This document shows, in pieces, positions 47,294-55,400 of a stretch of DNA of 64,000 nucleotides. Origin of the DNA: Roseibacillus sp. GTDB lineage: Bacteria > Verrucomicrobiota > Verrucomicrobiia > Verrucomicrobiales > Akkermansiaceae. Location of the stretch: assembly GCA_022448985.1 (NCBI GenBank), contig JAKVCR010000001.1, positions 4,217-68,216 of the forward strand. The letters run 5' to 3'. The position numbers were made by a program, and so were the translations under genes. The notes beneath the pieces are model-generated. The model saw nothing but the letters and a program-made list of their open reading frames with translations. It did not search any database and was not told where the DNA came from. Every line of letters starts with the position of its first letter. Within the stretch, counting starts at the first letter, position 1.

Positions 47294-47521
47294 GATGGGT
47301 TGGGGGGTGCAGGAAATAACCGGCTGGACCAATAAGGCTCAAGGGGAACTGTGACGATTCCCGGGGGGCTCCGTCAAGGCGCAAGGAAGCACCCAAGCCA
47401 CTGGCAGCTCGTGGCCCTGTTCCCCGGTTCACCGGGACCGATTGCCCGGCCAGGGGTCGGCAGGGAGGTCCCGTGTTCTCTGTCGGGTTCGGGCCCTGCA
47501 GGATTCTATGATGCGGGCGGG

Positions 47522-48016
47522 CTATTCGCCCGCATTCATCTGCTGGGCAGGATTCATCTGCTGGGCGAAGTATCGCTCCAGACCGACCAGTTCGATAAGG
47601 TCGAACTGAGACTCGGCCCAGTCGATGCTTTCCTCCGATTCCACCACCATGCGTTCCATCAGGTCGCGGCTTCCCGCATCCTTCTTTTCGATAGCGAGGG
47701 CAACCGCCTCGTTGTAGGTGGCAACACCCTTCTTCTCCAGCTCGTAGCTGCTCTCGATATGTTCGCGTGGCGTGGTGCCCACCTTGATCTCATGATAGCG
47801 GGCGATCTCGGGGACCCCGCCGAGAAACAGGATGCGATCGATGACCTCCTCGGCGTGTTTCATCTCCTCGATTGACTCCTCGTAGAAATGCTGGGCGAGG
47901 CGATCAAGTCCCCAGTCCTTGCACATCTTAGAGCTGATGAAGTAGAGATTGATGGCGGTCAGTTCGACCGTTAGTCCCGCATTGAGTGCCTCGATTACCT
48001 GTTCGTCGCCTTGCAT
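47522..48016 (-). CDS. bfr: bacterioferritin
   Basis: MQGDEQVIEALN..L..ELTAINLYF.....C.DWG...L......ESIEEMKHAE..I.RILFL.G.P is the Bfr pattern, including the haem-ligand Met region. Confidence 0.9.
   Translation of the reverse strand: MQGDEQVIEALNAGLTVELTAINLYFISSKMCKDWGLDRLAQHFYEESIEEMKHAEEVIDRILFLGGVPEIARYHEIKVGTTPREHIESSYELEKKGVATYNEAVALAIEKKDAGSRDLMERMVVESEESIDWAESQFDLIELVGLERYFAQQMNPAQQMNAGE
47534..47566 (-). repeat. 18-bp tandem duplication at the 3' end of bfr (encodes AQQMNP/AQQMNA)
   Basis: attcatctgctgggc occurs at 47534-47548 and again at 47552-47566. Confidence 0.8.
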
Positions 48017-48218
48017 ATTTTGTCTGTTCTACGGCGCCAACATAGGACGTAAAATACCGAGTCCAAGGGATATTTCGTGTCTCTGGTTATTGTGATTGAG
48101 ACCGTGTCTCATCTGCCTGACAGAAGCAGATGGGGAGTCCGCGCCAGGTGAGCTGGTGCAGGGATGAGAGGACCTGTGTGTCGGGGGCGTCCAATGGCCC
48201 CTTGTTCCCTGCAGGTGA

Positions 48219-48944
48219 TTACCAGGCGGCCTGTGCCTTCTTGAGCTCTTCGGCACTCAGGCCGAAGGCTTTCAACACGCCGGTGGCCATCATCTTGTTG
48301 CCATCGGGGTTCATGTGTACCCCATCGCTGGTGAGCAGCTTGCCGCCCTTCTTGTCTGCGCTGGCGGCTATCGCGGCCTGCATGTCGGCATTCAGGTCGG
48401 CCAGGAGGCATTTCTTTTCCTTGGCCAGCTCCTTGAGAAAATCGTTGTAGGTGGCCAGCCTCTTGTTGTTGGCGTTGTCCTTGTCCTCGCCGATCATGGT
48501 GGAGGTCAGGATCATGACCTTGACCCCGGCGCTCTGGCAGCGGTCGACGATCTTGGTGATATTGACCTTGTAGTCCTCGAGGGACACGCCGCGTTTGCCG
48601 TGCCAGACGTCGTTGACGCCGCAGCTGAGAGTCATCCAGTTGGGCTTCTTGCTGAGCACGTGGGGCTCGAGGCGGGCGAGCATCTGATTGGACTTGTGGC
48701 CACTGATGCCGGCGGGAATGGCAGAGGTTTTCACTCCGGCAGATTCCAGCCCGCGGATGACGAGCCGGACGTAGCCGTTGGGGCGGGCGCCAGCCTGGGT
48801 GATGGAGTCCCCGAGGAAGGCAATCTTCTCTCCTTCCTTCACGCCGATATCGGCCTGAAGAGGAATGGAGAGGCCAACGAGGGCGGTGGCGGTGAGGGCG
48901 AGGCGGGTTGTATTCCTGCTGATGGAGGGGCTGATGGTTTTCAT
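48219..48944 (-). CDS. SGNH/GDSL-family hydrolase, secreted
   Basis: Block I IAFLGDSIT, block III GVNDV, and block V DGVHMNPDG. Signal peptide from ATG 48944. Confidence 0.8.
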   Translation of the reverse strand: MKTISPSISRNTTRLALTATALVGLSIPLQADIGVKEGEKIAFLGDSITQAGARPNGYVRLVIRGLESAGVKTSAIPAGISGHKSNQMLARLEPHVLSKKPNWMTLSCGVNDVWHGKRGVSLEDYKVNITKIVDRCQSAGVKVMILTSTMIGEDKDNANNKRLATYNDFLKELAKEKKCLLADLNADMQAAIAASADKKGGKLLTSDGVHMNPDGNKMMATGVLKAFGLSAEELKKAQAAW

Positions 48945-49075
48945 GTCTTTCGGCGTGCTGGCTGGGCTTGAGACCCGCAGGGTCACGGGTTGTTTGGGGG
49001 ATCTGCCGATATCGGGGCGGATGAGTCAACGGGAATCGGAAGAGTGGTCTGCCTCCCTCCCGGCGACGAGGCGTC

Positions 49076-50113
49076 TCACACGCCCACGGAATCCTGGGAG
49101 GAATTGAGTTTCACGGAGGGATTCTCCGCGACGTTGACCCAGACATGAACATGGGGGCGGCCACGGAAGTACCAGACAAAGGAGGGGCCTTCCAACCGCC
49201 AGTTGTCGTAAATCTTGTCGTCACCAAGGTCTCCTTCCTTGTAGAAGGCGAGGTGGCAGCCATCGAGTCCACCCTGGGACTTGAGGCACCTGCTCACTTC
49301 ATCGCGATCTGATTGCCGGAAGGGTTCAAGGAGGATCTTGAGGATCCGCTGGACCTCGCTTCGCTGGTCATCGGTGAAGTCGCTGACCGGGCAGCCCTGG
49401 AACGCCCCCCCCTTGCCCTTGAAACCGACCAGTTCCTCGGAAGGCATGCCGTGAGTGAGAAGGGCCTCCTTTCGCTGCGAGCGACTCAGCGTCTGGAAGA
49501 GCTTGTTGGCCTCTACGGCCTGATGCCAGAAGACATTGTTCGGGTGATCGGGTTTTTCGTAGAGGCGCTCTCCTTCATGGGCGTAGAGGATGGGTCCTCC
49601 AAAGGCGACATGTTCGGCGCTGTCGCCGTCGCAGCGCAGGGTCATGTGACGACTGGTGAGGACGAACTGGAACTTGCCACTTCCCGGTTCACCGAAAATG
49701 GCGATGGATTGCCGCTTGCCGAATCCGCCCACATCGTCCTTGAGTTGCTGGTCGAAGCGCTCGTGCCAATCGGGGCTGGTCATGCCTTCAAAGATGCCCC
49801 GGATGAGGGCTTGCTGATCCTTGTTGTAGAAGTTGCTGGCCACGATGGGATTGGTGATGCGCCAGTTGTTCTCGATCCGGGTGCGCAGGAGCCCGCGCTT
49901 CGGGTCGACATGGTCCCAGGCGAAGCACATGGCCTTGCGTTGTTTCTCGTTGAGGGACTCGTAAAGGACTTTTACCAGGGACTCCGCGGGAGCGGCCTTC
50001 TGGACAGGCTGCCCGGCAGAGAGCAGGGAACCGGTTGGTCCGAGGATTCCCAGGGCCGCGGCGGTGGAAGAACGGAGAAAGTGGCGGCGTTCGAGAGGCG
50101 TGGCTGCGTTCAT
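49076..50113 (-). CDS. Tat-signal protein, DUF3500-like
   Basis: The Tat-like N-terminus is ERRHFLRSSTAAALG. The C-terminal ..WRLEGPSFVWYFRG.PHVHVWVN resembles the conserved end of DUF3500 proteins. The family call is from memory only. Confidence 0.5.
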   Translation of the reverse strand: MNAATPLERRHFLRSSTAAALGILGPTGSLLSAGQPVQKAAPAESLVKVLYESLNEKQRKAMCFAWDHVDPKRGLLRTRIENNWRITNPIVASNFYNKDQQALIRGIFEGMTSPDWHERFDQQLKDDVGGFGKRQSIAIFGEPGSGKFQFVLTSRHMTLRCDGDSAEHVAFGGPILYAHEGERLYEKPDHPNNVFWHQAVEANKLFQTLSRSQRKEALLTHGMPSEELVGFKGKGGAFQGCPVSDFTDDQRSEVQRILKILLEPFRQSDRDEVSRCLKSQGGLDGCHLAFYKEGDLGDDKIYDNWRLEGPSFVWYFRGRPHVHVWVNVAENPSVKLNSSQDSVGV

Positions 50114-50325
50114 TACGGCAGGATGAGCACATTCGGCAACGGATGCAATTTGGCTTTCTGATAAGTGGACCGATAGCGCGAAAGCCTGAGGAGGGGAGGA
50201 ATGCCGCCTGAAAAATTCAGGGCGTGTCCGGCCGGGATACAGGGGATTGTCATGCCAGGGGACCCTGAAGAGCCGGGGCTCCTTCCGGATTGACGCAATG
50301 CCTCAACTTGAGCAGGTATATTGTC

Positions 50326-51693
50326 ATGAAGCGGAACTGCTCCCGGCGGATTTTCTCAATCGTCGTCCTCTCCCTCCTGGGTTTCGGAGGATTCTGTGTC
50401 CTCGCAGCGGAAAAGGCGCACAACTGGTCGCAGTTCCGTGGTCCCGGGGCACGGGGCGTGGCGAATCACCAGAACCTTCCGGAGAAATGGTCCGCGACTG
50501 AGAACGTGGAGTGGAAGCGTGATCTGCCCGGCCGCGGGTGGTCCTGTCCGGTTGTCTGGGGCAACCGTGTCTTTCTCACCACCGTGATCAACGAAGGGGT
50601 CTCAGAGAAGCCCAAGAAGGGGCTCTACTTCGGGGGGAATCGACCCAAGTTTCCGGAGACCGTCCACCGCTGGAAGGTCTACTGCCTTGATCTTGAGAAC
50701 GGGAAGATTCTCTGGGAGCGCGAGGTTCACAAGGGCAAGCCGCAGTCCGCCATTCATGTCAAGAACAGCTACGCTTCCGAGACGCCGGTGACCGACGGGG
50801 AACGGGTCTACTGCTACTTCGGGAACCTGGGGATCTTCGTTTTTGACATGGACGGCAAGCCGCAGTGGTCCCGGAAGTTCACTCCCCGCAAGACGCGCTA
50901 CAGCTGGGGGACGGCGGCCTCCCCGGTCCTGCACGGGGATCGCCTCTATATCGTCAATGATAACGAAGTGGATTCCTGGCTGCTCGCCCTCGACAGGAAA
51001 ACCGGCAAGGAAGCCTGGAAGGTCACCCGGGAAGAGAAGAGTAACTGGTCCGTCCCCTTTATCTGGGAGAATAAAGCGCGGACCGAGATCGTGGTGCCGG
51101 GGAGCGGGCGCACAGTCTCCTATGATCTCGCAGGGCGGGAGCTCTGGTGGTGGCGCCGCGGAATGTCGAGCATCACGATTGCCACCCCCTACGCATCGGA
51201 GGAGTTGCTCTACATCAGCTCGGGTTACGTGGGCGACAAGAAGAAGCCGATTTACGCTATCAAGCCGGGGGCGAAGGGAGACATCTCGATAAAACCGTTC
51301 AAGAAGAGCGATAATGAGTTCGTGGCCTGGTGCAACTGGGAGGCTGCGCCCTATAACCCGAGCACCCTGCTTTACGATGGACAACTCTACTCGCTCCTTG
51401 ATCGTGGCTGGCTGCGTGCCCTTGATCCTAAGAGTGGTGCTTTCATTTATGAGCGCAAACGCCTTCCCCCCGGGGCGGGCTACACCGTGTCTCCGTGGGC
51501 TTATAACGGCAGGATCTTCTGCCTCAATGAGGATGGCGAAACGCGGGTGATCCAGGCCGGCAGGGAGTTCAAGTATCTCCATACCAATCGACTGGCGGAA
51601 GATGACATGGCCATGTCCTGTCCCGCCATCGCCGGGGAGCGTCTTCTCATCCGGACCGCTGCACGGGTTTATTGTATCCGGAAGAAGGGATAG
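50326..51693 (+). CDS. PQQ-like (BamB-like) beta-propeller repeat protein, secreted
   Basis: Signal peptide, then WSQFRGPG..G.......P..W......W......G.S.PVV.G.RVF.T and repeated propeller-blade motifs. Confidence 0.78.
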   Translation: MKRNCSRRIFSIVVLSLLGFGGFCVLAAEKAHNWSQFRGPGARGVANHQNLPEKWSATENVEWKRDLPGRGWSCPVVWGNRVFLTTVINEGVSEKPKKGLYFGGNRPKFPETVHRWKVYCLDLENGKILWEREVHKGKPQSAIHVKNSYASETPVTDGERVYCYFGNLGIFVFDMDGKPQWSRKFTPRKTRYSWGTAASPVLHGDRLYIVNDNEVDSWLLALDRKTGKEAWKVTREEKSNWSVPFIWENKARTEIVVPGSGRTVSYDLAGRELWWWRRGMSSITIATPYASEELLYISSGYVGDKKKPIYAIKPGAKGDISIKPFKKSDNEFVAWCNWEAAPYNPSTLLYDGQLYSLLDRGWLRALDPKSGAFIYERKRLPPGAGYTVSPWAYNGRIFCLNEDGETRVIQAGREFKYLHTNRLAEDDMAMSCPAIAGERLLIRTAARVYCIRKKG

Positions 51694-51710
51694 CGGGAAG
51701 GAGGAGCCTG

Positions 51711-52181
51711 CTAGTCTTTTCGCCGGTTACGTTTCGGCTTGAGGAATTTCTTCGGGGTGGAGAGGGGGCTCGCTACCCGCCCGGTGCTGAGTTCGATAAT
51801 GGTGACCTGGCGGGGAGAGCCGATTTCGTCGAGGCGCAGTTCATAGGTTTCGTCCGCGCGGGCCTCAAATCCGAAGGGCGCGATACCACGTATGGTGCGC
51901 AGGCCGCGCTTGAGGGTGAAGACCACCGTGCCGGCCGGAACGCGGTAGCGGCGGGGAGCGAGAACCTCATAGGATGTTTCAAAGCGGAGAAGCCAGCCGT
52001 TGATGAGTTTTTCCTCGGGACCAATGAGCCGGCGTCCGGTGAAAGGCTCTTCCACAGGCATCACGATGGTGGCGAAGCCTTCGTTGCGGGTGATGACATT
52101 GGAGGCGTGCCGGGTCGGGGAGCAACCCGGGGAGAAGATGGCGAGGAGCAGGACCAGCACCAGGGCGGATGGCATGCGCAT
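51711..52181 (-). CDS. hypothetical lipoprotein
   Basis: MRMPSALVLVLLLAIFSPGC is a signal with a lipobox. I recognise no family. Confidence 0.45.
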   Translation of the reverse strand: MRMPSALVLVLLLAIFSPGCSPTRHASNVITRNEGFATIVMPVEEPFTGRRLIGPEEKLINGWLLRFETSYEVLAPRRYRVPAGTVVFTLKRGLRTIRGIAPFGFEARADETYELRLDEIGSPRQVTIIELSTGRVASPLSTPKKFLKPKRNRRKD

Positions 52182-52409
52182 GGCATGGCTATGCCTGAAT
52201 GCAGGGGCAGGTGCGATGTAAAAGGGCCTCTGCAACACGGGGAGCGGACCAACACGAATAGGGTATGATCTGGTGAGAATAGCGGAACTTTGGTCCGGAC
52301 CGGACGGGCGCGTCTTGTTATTTGTTTGCAGTCAGTTAATTTCCTAGCGGTGGTGCTGTGGAGCGCTGCCACCTTCACCCGTTAAACGATACCCCTCCGA
52401 ATTCCTCTG

Positions 52410-55400
52410 ATGAACAAGCTTCTTCATCTGAACATGGCGATTCCAGCTGCTCTTTGGCTGTGCCAGGCAGTTTCCGCCCAGAATGTCATCAGTGTGAATT
52501 TCGATGGTCAGGCGGGCACGGGTACTCCTGGTCCGGTAACTGGTGTCGCGGGTTCGATCCCGGTCGACAACTGGAACAATAGCGGCGTGTCCGTCCTGAA
52601 TGGGCCCCTTTCTCTTGTCGACGATGCCGGCTCTCCCACTACGGCTACCGTCCTCTGGTCCGTGGAAAACCAATGGACCACCAATGGCGGTAACAACAGT
52701 GGGGGTGATGTCCAGATGATGCAGGGCTATCTGGACAACTTCCATGATCGACCCCCGATCGAGGTCACCGGGATACCGGCTTCCTTCCAGGCAAGCGGCT
52801 ACGAATTACGAATCTATCACAATACCGACAGTGGCGGGACAATGGGGTTTACTGTCAGTGATGACGGGGGGCTCACCTCGACCACCTACTATAGTCATCA
52901 ACCGGGCGGCAATAACTCGAACTATCCCCTGGCCGGAGCCGATCCGTTCGGAGGCGCAGCCGGATACATCGGCAGCCAGTCCACTGCGAGGAACACGACG
53001 GTTCCCTCGAATTACACCCTCTTCACTGGCCTGACCGGTTCTTCACTGAGGATCACCGGCGTCCGGGGTTCATCGGGCGACACCCGTTCGCGCCCCAACG
53101 GTTTTCAAATCGTGGCCAAGGCAGTGCCGGGTGCGCCCATGGTGGAAAACAATCCAGCTACCGGGATTACAGCCCGTTCAGCCCGTCTCAATGGAACGGT
53201 AACCGATGTCGGAACGGCTGCGCCTGTGGTGACGATCTACTATGGCGACAACGATGGTCTGGCTAATCCGGAGGATTGGGACAATGCGCTCGAACTGCCC
53301 GGGACGTGGGCCGGTGCCTTTTCCGCCAACGTGACCGACCTGAACCCGGGCAGAACCTATTATTACCGGTCCTATGCAAGCAATGCGTCGGGCGCGCGCT
53401 GGGCTCCCGCCAGTGATTCATTTCAGACCGGGGTGGAGCCTCCGGCGCTGGCGAACCTGCCCGCCACCGGGATCATGACGAACAGCGCCGAGATCGGTGC
53501 GGAGGTGACGAGCACGGGAGGAGAGGTGCCGCTTGTGACTGTCTACTATGGCTTGACGGACGGCGGCACCACGGAGGGGGACTGGGATAGCTTCGCCCTG
53601 CTGGGGGCCCAGTCGGGGGTGGCCACCACCACGGTCACCGGCCTGCAGACAGGTCGCTCCTACTTTTACAGGGCCCGGGGGGTGAATGGAGGGGGAACGG
53701 TCTGGGCCCCGGCCACCGCCAGCTTCGCCACCGCAGAGCCGGCACCGCCCAGCGTGGTGAATCGTGGGGCAGACGGGGTACGGGGTGGCTCTGCCAACCT
53801 GCGGGGGGAAGTGACTGAAAACGGTTTTGATGCTCCTGCGATCACCATTTACTACGGAGACAACGATGGTGGGATCGATCCCACTTCCTGGGACAGTGCA
53901 GTAACGATTGGGCAGCGGACCGGTCAGTTCTCTCTCTACGTTTCCGATCTGGTGCCACTCACCACATACTATTTCCGCTGCCGGGCCACCAATGTGGCGG
54001 GCACTGCCTGGGCACCGGGCAGCGAGACCTTTACGACCACCGACCTGCTTAGCAGTTCGATTGTGATAAACGAGATCCACTACGATCACGAACCGAAGAC
54101 CGAACGGGGCGAGTTCATTGAGATTTTCAATCCGAGTGACTCTCCTGTTCCGCTGACTGGCTGGCAGATTAATGGGGCGATTGATTTTGATTTCCCGGAG
54201 GGCACCGTGATCGCGGCCAACGGGTTCCTCGTGATCGCGGAGGATCCCGCGGCCATGAGATCGGTGTTCGGGGTCAGAAATGCCCTTGGACCCTATGTCG
54301 GACGGCTGAGTAACGATGGTGAGCGCCTTGAACTGGAAAACGAGAACGGATCTCTGGTGGACGAGGTTGACTATGGGATCGGATTTCCCTGGCCCACTGC
54401 TTCCCGGGGAGGGGGGACCTCGATGGAGCTTATCAATGAGAATCTCGACAACGACCTGGGAAGTTCCTGGCGGGCCTCCGGCAATGCCGCGCCAGCGGGA
54501 GCGCAGGTCACTTATGTCGAAGCAGGGCAATCGTGGCGTTACCGTAAAGGCACGAGCGAAGCCTCCAACCCGGTTGACGCCTGGCGCATGCAGGGTTTTT
54601 CCGAAGACGAGACCTGGGTGACCGGGACCGCTGGGTTCGGCTACGGGGACAGTGACGACACCACGACCCTGGACGACATGAGGAACAACTACGCAAGCGT
54701 CTTCCTGCGCAAGGAATTCAACCTCACCGGGACCATTCCCACCCGGCTCGAGATCCGTGTCTATCACGATGACGGGGCGATCGTCTGGATCAACGGCGAG
54801 GAAGTGGCACGGGTGAGCGTGGACCAGGGTGATCTCACCTACCGGGGAGCGCGGGCCTCCGATCCACCGGGGGCTGCGCCTGGCAGCGCGGTCAACAACC
54901 AGGAGGCGACTTGGACCGACATTCTGTTCCTTGGCGCGCAAAACACGCTTCAGCCGGGTGTGAACACCGTGGCCGTGCAGGGTTTTAACAGTACCCTTTC
55001 GAGCAGCGATTTCTCGCTGGATTGCGAAGTGAAGACGCCTCCCCCGGGTAACCCGGACAACGCCGCGACAGGAGATCCCACTCCCGGGGCAGCCAATTCC
55101 GTATATGCGGCCAACGCTCCTCCCAATATCAGGCAGGTTGAGCATGGCCCCTCACAACCTGCCGAGGGTCAGGAGGTGGTGGTTACTGCCAAGGTGACCG
55201 ACCCTGACGGGGTAGCAAACGTGACCCTGACCTATCAGCTGGTGGAACCGGGTTCCTACGTTCACAAGGAGGATTCTGCATACGAAAACGGCTGGGTGCC
55301 CCTCGCCATGGTGGACGACGGGACGGGTGGGGATGAGGCGGCAGGCGATTCGGTTTTCACGGTGACCATGCCCGCCGGGTTACAGGTGCATCGCCGTCTC

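Noticed and set aside
48109-49029. 306-aa Arg/Pro/Gln-rich ORF on the minus strand
   Set aside because: It is an alternative frame of the same strand as the SGNH hydrolase gene. The SGNH frame carries the GDS, GxND and DxxH blocks, while this frame is compositional noise.
53418-55145. 575-aa ORF on the minus strand inside the CotH/LTD gene
   Set aside because: It is an antisense artefact. It is Arg/Gly/Pro-rich with no motifs, while the plus-strand frame has clear domain signatures.
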